DNA of 63,278 bases, counting the filler, from Octopus bimaculoides (lineage: Eukaryota): assembly GCF_001194135.2 (NCBI RefSeq). It is 5 parts of 5 records of this genome, joined end to end, with 100 filler letters (N's around TTAATTAATTAA, not from the genome) between each part and the next. Parts side by side here need not be neighbours in the genome. Positions count along the whole stretch, not along the records: positions 42,611 to 55,102 come from NC_068999.1; positions 55,203 to 61,398 come from NC_069000.1; positions 61,499 to 63,278 come from NC_068988.1; 2 more parts are not named here. The stretch is one strand, 5' to 3'. Position numbers and translations under genes: made by a program. The notes under the pieces are model-generated. The model ran no database searches. It saw nothing but the letters and a program-made list of their open reading frames with translations, and was not told where the DNA came from. Of this stretch, positions 50,901 through 63,223 are shown piece by piece. Position 1 is the first letter of the stretch. The number at the start of each line of letters is the position of its first letter.

Positions 50901-52000
50901 CCCTTCACCAAAATAAAGAGAGAATTCCACTTTTGTTTTATTTTGAAGGTGACTTGGTGAAGCCTGTGGGGGGAAATTGGTGTAATGAAGAAGCTGATGC
51001 GATGAGACTATCATCATCATCACCATCATCATTTTAATGACTATTTCTACAGGTCTGACAAGTACTCCATACTGTAGCTCTTGGACAGAGTTACAGTATA
51101 GGTAGGGGCTACCTGCTTGAGTCATGCCGACTCATAAGGGCTGGTCTCCCGGTTTCATGAGGTATATATTCCCCCATCTAGATAGAATGCTGGTCCATCA
51201 CAGGATTACTCATTTTTGCCAGCTGAGTGGACTGGAGCAACGAGAAACGAAGTGTTTTGCTCAAGAACACAACACATCACCCAGTCCAAGAATTGAAACC
51301 ACTATTTTATAATCACGAGTCCAACACCCTAACCACTAAGCCATGTGCTTCCACCACAGACTTACAGTATCTAATATCACCATTCTTTTTTATCTTGCAT
51401 CATCTTATGTGATGGACAACATCTGGTGCTGCTCTGCTTTCTGTACCCACCCCTGCCACCATATAAGCACATATCCAGTTATTCATTTCTTTATTACTTA
51501 GTAACAGCTACAGTCCACCACATGTCCATACAGGTAAAGCCACCTCACTTATAATACAGATCATTTATGTTTTCAATGACTCATTTCTTTCTAAACTTGC
51601 ATTTGCACCTGTCACGCAAGATACCATTTCACATCCAACAGGTTGTATTCACACCAGCTTCTGCAAATCTGCAATCAGAGCTCATCTTTTCCCTGTGCAA
51701 CATCAAATTTCTTGAATATTTCCACTCACACTGGAAGAGAAACTCTTTCTTACCAACAAAAGCATCAATTCCATGGAATTTTAGTACCAATTTCTTGTTC
51801 TGGCAATTTACTTTGCAACACTAATTTGTCCTCAAGATGGCAGGAACTGTATTTTCTAGCAAACAATTGAAGCAGTCCGTGAAATCCAACTCACGAGAGT
51901 GTTCGTTGCTAATTTCCTCTTGTTGCTAATTACATCTTGTAGCTGATTACTTTTTCACATTTTGTTCATGCAAAACCCTGCATTTCTGCCAGTTTTCACA

Positions 52001-52212
52001 CTTTACTCTTTTACTTGTTTCAGTCTTTTGAATGTGGCCATGCTGGAGCACCGCCTTTAGTCAAGCAAATCGACCCCAGGACATATTCTTTGGAAGCCTA
52101 GTACTTATTCCATCGGTCTCTTTTGCCGAACCGCTAAGTGACAGGGACGTAAACACACCAGCATTGGTTGTCAAGCGATGTTGGGGGGACAAACACAGAC
52201 ACACAAACATAT

Positions 52213-52275
<63 letters not shown>

Positions 52276-52435
52276 CATATATACAACGGGCTTCTTTCAG
52301 TTTCCGTCTACCAAATCCACTCACAAGGCTTTGGTCGGCCCGAGGCTATAGTAGAAGACACTTGCCCAAGGTGCCATGCAGTGGGACTGAACCCGGAACC
52401 ATGTGGTTGGTAAGCAAGCTACTTACCACACAGCC
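52001..52435 (-). mobile_element. SINE family A, young full-length copy
   Basis: Complete head-core-microsatellite-tail layout with CpGs largely intact. Confidence 0.92.
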
Positions 52436-53593
52436 AAACTATTATTTATATCCTATCAAGGCTCTTCAGATATATTACTGAATACCACTTGCCAAATTGC
52501 ACTGGGATATCATTAATTCCATTACTAATTGCACTGGGATATCATTATTCATCATCATCACCATCGTTTAATGTCCACTTTCCATGCTAGCATGGGTTGG
52601 ACGATTTGACTGAGGACTGGCAAGCCAGAAAGCTACACCAGGCTCCAATCTAATCTGGCAGAGTTTCTACAGCTGGATGCCCTTCCTAACACCAACCACT
52701 CCGAGAGTGTAGTGGGTGCTTTTACGTGCCACTGGCATGAGGGCCAGTCACACGGTACTGGCAACGGCCACACTCAAAAAGGTGTTTTTTACGTGCCACC
52801 TGCACGGGAGCCAGTCCAGCGGCACTGGCAACAACCTTGCTCGAATGATTTTCTAACGTGCCACCAGCACAAGTGCTAGAAGGCAATGCTGGTAACGATT
52901 ACGTTCAAATAGTGTTCCTATGTCTAAAGCTTGTATTCCAAAGAAATACAAATGTTAGATATTAAAAATGCATGTAACTCATTAAAAATGTGTTTTCTGA
53001 TTAGTATGTATGTGAAATCTTCAGTAATAAAAGAATCTTGAAAATCCCATTTTGCTAAAAATACACTAAAATTGAAGTTTATAAAAATTTCCTAGACAGT
53101 GAAGATTTTTATAATTGCTTTCTATTAGTAAAAGTTACATCACAACTAATTAATAAAGCAGCTTTCTTCATTATAGTATAAATTAGCCCCTGGACTGGCT
53201 CTTGCGCGGGTGGCACATAAAATACACCATTTTGAGCATGGCCGTTGCCAGTACCACCTGACTGGCCTTCGTGCCAGTGGCACGTAAAAGCACCCACTAC
53301 ACTCTCAGAGTGGTTGGCGTTAGGAAGGGCATCCAGCTGTAGAAACACTGCCAGATCAGATTGAGGCCTGGTGTAGCCATCTGGTTGCACCAGTCCTCAG
53401 TCAAATTGTCCAACCCATGCTAGCATGGAAAGCGGACGTTAAACAATGATGATGATGATGATGAAACATCATATATATATATATATAACTATATATACAT
53501 GTCTACATATATACATAATACCTGAGTAAGCACATAAATGCGAAACAAGGTGGGGAAAAAATAGTACTCAGATACCAGAGGTAGAGTAATATG

Positions 53594-53770
53594 CTTTATT
53601 ATTAAGGCTGCAAAAACATCACAAAAATATCACAAAAAAAAGCTGCTACTCAGAGTTTCACGTTCCCATTTATTGGGGAATTACAACTGCCCAATGAACG
53701 GGAATGTGAAATGCTAAGTAGCAGTTTTTTGTGCTATTTTTGTGATGTTTTTACAGTTTTAATAATAAAG
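53594..53770. repeat. ~180-bp imperfect palindrome (Penelope-like terminal repeat in inverted arrangement?)
   Basis: Arms ~53594-53677 and ~53690-53770 are reverse complements (ctttattattaa...catcacaaaaata.cacaaaaaa..ctgctact...ttcac.ttccc.tt.attggg), with a 12-nt loop. Confidence 0.8.
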
Positions 53771-53824
<54 letters not shown>

Positions 53825-56439
53825 CATATACACACACAGACATACACATATCCATTTGTCTATCAGATAAGATGTTTACAAACTGTTAGAAAGCATGATG
53901 CTGTGGAAACGTCTGGGGATAAAATATCTTGAAAGATTTGCTGTGTTAAAACAATATATACCAGAGTGAGACGAACATCGTTGCTGCAGTGAATCATGAG
54001 AACAACAGATGTGTTTCACCTTTCTCGAGGATTGTCAATGCCATGTACTCAATTGTTACCTGCTTAAATGAAATTTGTGCTTCAGTATATAGAAAAACAG
54101 TAAATAAAACATTCACTGGTATTGTGGAAGTTTGCCAAGTTGTAGAAAAAAAAAAAAATTGATATATGCAGCTGAAACAGCATTAAGTTAAAATTGCTAT
54201 CTGCGTATCATACTAAATGTATCATTAGAAGACGTGATGTTGTGCAATTGTCTGAGATAAAAAATCTCTTTCCATACATGCACAGAATCTGGTCTTTGCT
54301 TGATGTTGAATGTTTTCAGTAAGTTATAACTTGTGGCAAGACCGAAAGGCTAAAGAGAGAACCAAAGAAGAAGATATGAATGCTATATTTTCTCCGATAC
54401 CTTTTTCCATTGACAGTCATCACCATCATCATCATAGTTTTAACACCTACTTTTCCATGCTTGTTTGGGTCAGACAATCTACCTATTTAAATATGAAGTA
54501 GATTTTCATCACTTTATTTGACTAATTACTGCAAATTACTGCAGTGTCCTATGTCATATACTACTACTACTACTACTACTACATCATCTTTTTCTTCTAA
54601 TAAACATCCACTTTTCTATGCTTTGCATGTGTTGGATAATATTTATTGATGCATATTTTCTATGGCTGGATGCCTTTCCTGTCACCAGCCCTCAAGTGTT
54701 TCTAAGCAAGGGAATTATTCCTCTATGCCATGGCATGTTTTTGACAGAGGGCTGTTAATAACAAAATCATGATGCGTAGGTAATCGTTTTATTTTGCATA
54801 TTTTCATTTGTCTTGCTTATTTTTACATTCTGGCATTTGCTGAAATTTTTTTTTTTTTTTCTTGAGAACACACTCTTCGTGGTATGGCAATTTGACATCT
54901 ATCTTTAGCATATTAGGAATCCACTTTAGTTGTCATTCCTCTTATTAATTGTAATATAATTTTTAAATCTTTGGATTTTTTTCTTAATATGCTAGACCAT
55001 TGGTTTAAATTGATGTTAACTGATTGATATCAATTTCTACCCTCATTATTTAATTTTATATATATATATTTATGCGCCCTTTTCAAGCCTATCCAGGCTC
55101 ATNNNNNNNNNNNNNNNNNNNNNNNNNNNNNNNNNNNNNNNNNNNNTTAATTAATTAANNNNNNNNNNNNNNNNNNNNNNNNNNNNNNNNNNNNNNNNNN
55201 NNGTGTGGTATGAAAGTTTGCTTCCCAACCACATGGTTCCCGGTTCAGTTCCATTCAGTAAATGTTTTCTGTACCTCGAGCCGACCAAGGCCTTGTCAGT
55301 GGATATGGTAAACGGAAACTGAAAAAAAATCCTGTTGTGTGTGTGTATACATTGTGTGTCCCACCACCACTTGGCAAGCGGTGTTAGTTTGCTTACGTCC
55401 TCGTAGTCTAGCGATTCGGTAAAAGAGATTAATTGAAAAAAAAAAATCTCAAAAAATACTGGATCAATTTGTTCGACTCAAACCGTTCAAGGTGGTGCCC
55501 CAGCATGGCCGCAGTCCGATCACCGAAGCAAAATATGAATGTAATTAGTGTGTTATGCAGGTTATTTATGTCGTATGTAATGTAAGCCTCCCTTCGATCC
55601 CCAAATCGCGTGTTATTCTATGTGTATTTGTTTATACACTTACTAATTAGGGCTTGTGAGACCGACAACGAGGCTGACAACGACATTTAGTCGTGTGACT
55701 AGCTTGACCTGCCGTCTCTCTTTTCATATATATATATACATATATTATATAACAAATAATAAATGAGTATATGCATATATACGTACAGGTATGTGCATAC
55801 CTACGTCTACCTGTATATATAGGTGCATATCTGGGTACAGGACATTGCAAACAAAACGTAGACAAGAAAATGATAACTAGAGTACAGAAAACGCACAAGC
55901 CACATAGAGAACATTTTCCTTCATCAGCTACCCCCGTTTTAACACCGGCGTTACACGCACACACACTTATATGTGCGTGTGTGTAATTATTATTATTTAG
56001 TGTACATTTAGCTCTATTGAGCGCTGTTTCTATTCTGACTTTCTGCAGAAACTTTGATTATATATATATATTTACTCACACCTGTCCAGGTATTTTGTCA
56101 GGTAATATTTACTAAAATATACGTCTGTTGTCCACAACTGAACTCCCATGCTTTCTTTACTTTCATTTACATAAATGTTTTGAAATGTTATGGAAAAACA
56201 CGCACACACATTTCGAAAAAAAGGTGTGTAATCAAATGACTGAAACAAGTAAAAGAGTAATCGATGAAATCGACCCAAGTACATAACTGGTGTTTATTAC
56301 CATGAGCCAAAGATGAGAGCTTCTTTTCGGTCGATCTGCTAAAACTGGCAGCCAATATCTGAAAACCATACACTACCCATTTTTATAAAACAAAAGCTGT
56401 AAGGGTACATAAAATAATGTAGTGTTATAGATGTGTGTG

Positions 56440-56480
<41 letters not shown>

Positions 56481-56997
56481 ACACGCTTGCACGCACATGT
56501 ATGTATTGTCGATGTCTTGAAGTTTTTATGAACTTGGGAGAGAACGTGAAATAATTGTTTTGAAATAGTGTATCTTGAAGCACACACACACACACATATA
56601 TAAAACTCTTTAACAACAATGCGTAAATATCAATTTGAAAATCCCTTTTGAATAGAAAAAGTTGAAGGTTGCTAATATGTACCTGCTATTGTTCATAGCT
56701 TTACATGTGTACTTCGAGACATACTATTCCAGTACACTCACCGTCTGAAAAAGAAATAGATTAAAAAAAGACAGGATGGTCACCGTGAGAACATTTTTTT
56801 TCTTTTTTACTGAAGCTCTATTTTATCAGAGTTGATTTAAGGTTAAACAACAATTACCGTTTATTCACACCTAAGAAAGAGTCTACGAAAGAAAGACCCC
56901 GCCAGGTGGTTTGCCCGACTTGTTAGAAATAGCAGACAAATCTCCCTCAAAACACACTATAAACTTATAAAATGAAACGAGGCAAACATATTGAGGT

Positions 56998-57113
56998 GGA
57001 GTTCTGATCGAAGCCACACCATTTCACCGGTTGTAACTTTTTAAGGTTTTGGTATTTTCAGAAAACTAAAAAAGTTACGACCGATGAAATGGTGTGGCTT
57101 CGATCAAAACTCC
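56998..57113. repeat. Near-perfect inverted repeat (hairpin)
   Basis: 45-bp arms, ggagttctgatcgaagccacaccatttcaccggttgtaacttttt versus the reverse complement of the right arm: 3 transition mismatches. Confidence 0.9.
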
Positions 57114-57289
57114 GCTCATACTGAATAAAGAAATATGTTGGGTAAAAAATGGAATTGTCACGAAGGAAGGTTTTTGATTATCTTAGGTCTGCTGGATCAA
57201 GGCTGTCCTGTGGCTAAACAGCAACAACAATCCCCTATATTTTATCGAACGCCAAAAAAATGAAAATAACATTTCATATCAATACAATA

Positions 57290-57459
57290 ATTGGCGAACT
57301 TTCGGAATCGCTGTTGGGATGTCTCCGTTTTGGCCGGAATTTTCCCAAATTTGTTTTTATATCATACATTTCATAACCATGGTCGGGGGCCAAAATCCCG
57401 TTCAAAACGGAGAAATTCCAACTTATGTCGCAACAGCGATTCCGAAAATTTGCTCCAAT
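57290..57459. repeat. Fold-back / MITE-like element
   Basis: Perfect 17-bp IR tttcggaatcgctgttg (57300-57316 / 57431-57447) plus inner 11-bp IR tctccgttttg (57322-57332 / 57403-57413). Confidence 0.75.
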
Positions 57460-57721
57460 AACGATTTGAACTTAGAAGGTTGACGTAGCAATGATTGCTC
57501 AAACAACCACTCCTGTCATTTCACTGAATTTATGTCAACTTGATGTTATCAATAGTTTTTTTCTCTCTCTCTTTTTTTTTTCTTTTTTGTTGTCGCTGTT
57601 TTTATTAACAGAAGAGACTTGCTCTGTCGGTTTCCAGTCGAGGTGTCGCGAAACTGAAAAGCATCGTTTCACAAAATTATTTTTTAAACATCTTTAATAA
57701 ACTCATAACAATATTTTACCG

Positions 57722-58110
57722 AGGTGCGACTGTATTGGTAAGTAAGCTTGCTTACCAACCACATGGCTCAGGGTTCAGTTCCACAGCGTGGCACCTCGGA
57801 CAAGTATCTTCTACTATAGCCTTGGGCCGACCAAAGCCTTGTGAGTGGATTTGGTAGACGGAAGCAGAAAGAAGCCAGTTGTATATATATATATATATAT
57901 ATATATTTGTGTGTCAGTGTTTGCGCCCCCTCCCCCCCAACCATCGCTTGACAACCGATGTTGGTGTGTTTACGTAACTTAGCGGTTCGGCGAAAGTACT
58001 AGGCTTACAAAGAATAAGTCCAGGGGTCGATTTGTTCGACTAAAACCCTTTAAGGTGGTGCTCCAGCATGGCCGCTGTCAAATGACTGAAACAAATAAAA
58101 GAATAAAAGA
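57722..58110 (+). mobile_element. SINE family A, full length
   Basis: Complete family A layout, CpG-rich. Confidence 0.9.
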
Positions 58111-60513
58111 ACCTGTATTACTGTTATTAAAATGAGAAGAAAAAGATTGCCGTTAAGTTAGAAGTTCGTTTCGCAACCACGTGGTTTCATATTCAGTTCC
58201 TCTGAACTTACCAAAGCCTTCTGAATGTGTCGTGTGTGTGTGTGTAACACGCCGTGCTTCCAATCGATATCCGTCTAACAGATTCGCTTGCACTCACACA
58301 TACACCAGCGTGTGTATAATGCTCTTGTGTATATACATGTGTATGTGTGTTTGTCCCCTTGACAAACAGTGTGGGTTTGTTGATGTCTCTCTAACATGCA
58401 ATTCGGCAAAAGTTTAAAGAAAAAAAAAAAAAACGAAGTACTGGGATCGATTCATTCGACTAAAAATACTTCAAGGCGGTGCTCCAGCATGTCCGCAGTC
58501 TAATGTATATATTGTCGATGTCTTGAGATTTTTATGAACTTGGGAGAGAACGTGAAATAATTGTTTTGAAATAGTGTATCTTGAAGCACACACACACACA
58601 CACATACACACAAAACTCTAAACAACAACGCGTAAACAAGTAAAAGTTAAAANNNNNNNNNNNNNNNNNNNNNNNNNNNNNNNNNNNNNNNNNNNNNNNN
58701 NNNNNNNNNNNNNNNNNNNNNNNNNNNNNNNNNNNNNNNNNNNNNNNNNNNNNNNNNNNNNNNNNNNNNNNNNNNNNNNNNNNNNNNNNNNNNNNNNNNN
58801 NNNNNNNNNNTGAAGAAGGGTGGCTGAGACATTTGAAAAACAGATTTTGATTTTTTTTTTTTTAATAGCGTTTTATATGTATTTTGTAATAATGTGGGGA
58901 TGCTATAAAATATCGAAAATCTCTAAAAAAAAAAAATAAATAAAATTTAAAAAACCTCCAAAAATTTGAATTTTATTCTCGATAGCTATTCAGAAAATCA
59001 GCTTGCCTTTCTCAGAAAGCTGTGAGGAAATAAAATCAGCAGATGATAATCACCCCAACCTGTAATTAATCCTTTTTATTGTATTTTATTAAGGGAGACT
59101 TTATCTCACGCAACCCCAAATTTTTTTTACGGAATCTTGAAGTTCTTTGGAACCTTCTTTAAGAACCACTGCTCCTGAGGTGCTATAGACTACAAACCTT
59201 CTGTTGAAATATATTCAATTTATTTTTGATAATTTTTGAAAGTAATGAAGGATTTAGTAAAATATACATTTTTGTCGTTATTGAGCTGGTCTCTGGAACA
59301 GAAACTAACGTGAAATTTTAATGGACGGTTTTTAACCTGAGTCGGTCTCATGCAGGTTGATATTAAAAGGGTTAAGGTGCATCCCAAGGCTCTTCACTGA
59401 CAGAAAAAGAAAATAAGACAGTTAATAAAAATGTCGACAAAGTGTCGTCTGGAAACGTTGGAAACCACTGCTTCTTGGGCCTACAAGAAACAGCAGAGAA
59501 CGTAGTTGTAGTCTCTAAGTGAACGTTTTAAGCTTAGAAATAACAGCCGTATTATCTCTTAAAGCATGTTCTTCTGTCTTGAAAACGATGGTTATCACTA
59601 CACTGAATAATGCTTAGATCAGTGGTTCTCAACCATTTTTTTATCCACGAACCCTTTCGATTATTATTTTACTCCGGTGAACCTCCATAGCCTCTCGATG
59701 TTTAAAGACTAGTTTTACAGAAACTTCTTTAAAAATTCTCATTTTGTTTTATATTAATTAACTTGTGTAGGCTTGAATTATGTAAAAAGTTGGAGAAAAA
59801 ATTTTTACTGTTTCATGTAATAAATACATCTAAATCAAAAAATTTTCCCATAGATCCTTAATATACTGCTGTGGGTCCCTAATTTACTATTTTGCTTGCG
59901 TGGACCCCTAGAGATCATATGGGACCCGGTTGAGAGCCATTGTATTTAGGTATATGATATTGGAAAAGAAGAGACGGGATATCTCTTCTTATTGTAGATT
60001 TGTTCGATAAAGACCGACCTTAGCGTTAAACAATATTAAAAACCAGCCAAGTCTATCTTAAACGACACCGTACTGTCTTAGACATAAAAGGTGGAGGAAG
60101 ACATTTAATAATGTCGTCCCTAAAATACGCCATGTCTAAAAAAAAAAAATTGCCTGAGAAATAAAAATAGTTGTCCCAGCTTCAACGCTTTTGATCATGG
60201 ATATTAACTCGTTCAGGCTTTACCTGGGTCTAAACAGCGTTTAGAAAGCTGAGAAAGAAAGCGATGGATATCTATGAATCTTATTAAACCATCTCAAACG
60301 GAAATCGTCTGCCAGCGATAATGGTAGTGGGGTGGTTTATTTGGCGTAAAGTCATCATCTCCGGGCATACCTATGATCAAATGACATTCTATGCCCATCT
60401 AGTCATTTTTTTTTTTTAATTCAGACTAGACATTGAAAAAAGATTTTATTTCTATTTCTCAGTTGTCGAGCGACCGACTGATCTTGTTGATTTGGTTTCA
60501 ATAGCATCATATT

Positions 60514-60757
60514 TATTTCTTTATTGCCCACAAGGGGCTAAACATAGAGGGGACAAACAAGGACAGACAAAGGGTTTAAGTCGATTACATCGACCCCAGT
60601 GTGTAACTGGTACTTATTTAATCGACCCCAAAAGGATGAAAGGCAAAGTCGACCTCGGCGGAATTTGAACTCAAAACGTAACGGCAGATGAAATACAGCT
60701 AAGCATTTCACCTGGCGTGTTAATGATTCTGCCAGCTCACCGCCCTATAGTACCAGC
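60514..60757 (-). mobile_element. SINE family B variant with 13-bp TSD
   Basis: TSD atagcatcatatt at 60501-60513 and 60758-60770; same subfamily as 36512-36738. Confidence 0.9.
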
Positions 60758-60957
60758 ATAGCATCATATTGTTAGAGGGACTTTGTTGATTTCTTATTAA
60801 ACAAAGTAATGTTTCCTGTTTTGTTTTGCTTATTAACTTGATAAAATTAATTAACGAATTAAATTAAACTTGGTTAAATAAAATTAACCGAGTTTATAAA
60901 AATGTAAGGTGTAAAATTAATATCTAAGTGCGGAAATGTCTGTGAGCGAAGTAGACT

Positions 60958-60998
<41 letters not shown>

Positions 60999-61240
60999 CG
61001 TGAGCGTGAATATGGTTATGTAGATTGAAGTGTGTGTATGTGTCTAAGTAAGTATTCGAATATTGGGTAAATAGCCCTGATTCAGCAGACTTATGATCAT
61101 GGGCGTTCCTGTTGAGACCATCCCGCCTAGTTCTATATCAGAGATGCTTAAGCCAGCTACAGTGCTATTTGAGGGAGGTTTGATGCTATTTTGAGCAGGT
61201 CGTTATCTTGCATATAAATGAGTAAATATTTGTGCGCGCG

Positions 61241-61287
<47 letters not shown>

Positions 61288-61888
61288 TGTCGTCTGCTTT
61301 GATGCAGTAAACTAACGGTCAAAGGAGTTTCAGTGTACGTAGGACTACATTATCCAGCGTGTCTTTTCCTATTTAAGACAAATGCGGTACGATTCCAANN
61401 NNNNNNNNNNNNNNNNNNNNNNNNNNNNNNNNNNNNNNNNNNTTAATTAATTAANNNNNNNNNNNNNNNNNNNNNNNNNNNNNNNNNNNNNNNNNNNNAG
61501 ATGAAAGTTTAATCTATGACGTTGTATGTATTACTTTCTCTCTCTCTCCCTCTCCCACTTTTACTCTTACTCTCTATATTTTTATGTTGAGCGCGTGTGT
61601 AAGAATGGCGTTCCAGGTAGCAGGGATGAAATATAAAAGTTGCTAGAAACAACAGCCAAATCTCCCTTAAATCACACAAAGTAAACGGAATTTAAAAAAT
61701 CTAATTACTGCACTGGAAAGTTCAGATCGAGAAAATTCCATTGATGTAAAAATTTTTACGAAAAAGTGGAAAATGTGGATTTCTATAAACATTCAAAAAG
61801 GCTTCACACAAACACACAATTTCAGATTTATATATTAAGATATACATACATCTAATTAAATTCGACGTGGAATGCCGAACAAATTAGG

Positions 61889-62035
61889 CAGAAGGACAAA
61901 TTAAACACGAAATAAGTAACAGTATGGAGAAGGACAAATTAAACGTGTAATATCTAACAAAGTATCGAGAAGGACAAATTAAACATGAAATATCTAACAA
62001 AGTATGGAGAAGGACAAATTTAACATGAAATATCT
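61889..62035. repeat. 40-bp minisatellite, about 3.7 copies
   Basis: Unit gagaaggacaaattaaacatgaaatatctaacaaagtatg repeated with few changes. Confidence 0.9.
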
Positions 62036-62679
62036 CCTCCTTGGCCTTGGAAACCAAAAACCGCATGCTTTCGGCAGTTCACCGTCTAATGACTTTAATT
62101 CGTTGCTATTACTTTTCTCATTGAGTCAGTGATGAATTAAAAGGCTGACGTGATAAACGTTAGAAAGGAAAGGACTAAGAACGCAAATAGTAATAATATG
62201 CGACAAGATTACGGACCGTATAAAAATTTATATGTGTAGCATTATCAACGCACGTCTTTTATTCTTGCCTATCTGTTCCCTTCCCTTTTACCTCTTTCGT
62301 TTTTACGTTCTAACTTTAAATTCCGCTGAGGTCGACTTTGCCGCTCATCCTTTCGTGGTCGATGAAATAACTACCAGTCACGCACTGGGGTCGATGTAAT
62401 TGACTAGCCCCCTTTCCCACAAAAAAAAAAAAAAATTGACGGCCTTATGCCTAGAGTAGAAGTAATTATTAGAACTGAAAAGAAAAAGTTGCAAAGTGAC
62501 AGTTAAATGAAAATTGTGAGATTTCGGGCGTACCTCTTCGTTTGATATACAGAGAAATGCTCAGAGAAGAGGAGAAAGAAAGAACTGTATGAAAGTCCGA
62601 ACTCCTGTGGCGTTCGTTATAGGAAAAACCACGTAATAGAAAGGAAATTTGGGATTAGCCCGTAGTGACAGTAATGGAA

Positions 62680-62725
<46 letters not shown>

Positions 62726-62735
62726 NNNNNNNNNN

Positions 62736-62777
<42 letters not shown>

Positions 62778-63181
62778 GTCTCACTGTCTGTCTATATCTA
62801 GTGAAAATGTATATGCAAAAAGTATACTTTTGCATTCATCATAATTAATCTACGCCGAAAAAGGACAAACCATTATTCTTAAGTTGACCTCTATGATCTT
62901 TGGACAGTATTGGGAGTTGGAGCAAACATGCCTTTTTTTAGAATGAACACCGAAAATTCGAATATAATTTATGCTTGTGATTACAGGTGGGGGAAATGTG
63001 ATTTTCACTTTGTTCTTAAGTGGTTTAGTGAATCATGAAAAATATAAATATTAGAAATATAAAAATATGTAAAATATAGAATAGGGAACTTAAAGAGCGA
63101 TGACAGTTTATATAAGTGTGTATTGAAGAACAAATATATGTACGTCCACACGAGCTGACGCACACACATACATGAATACGC

Positions 63182-63223
<42 letters not shown>

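Noticed and set aside
17688-53390. Recurring peptides such as VRSLLPNHMV.GSVPL, KPDGYTRLQSDLAEF and RRRGFQLIRSTEQPA
   Set aside because: They are translations of SINE families A, D and C, not a protein family.
56080-56150. Minus-strand MGVQLWTTDVYFSKYYLTKYLD as a WDR44-like first exon
   Set aside because: Only a weak donor gives the required phase, there is no resemblance to the SDxEEFYDA N-terminus I recall for WDR44, and it lies across a linker.
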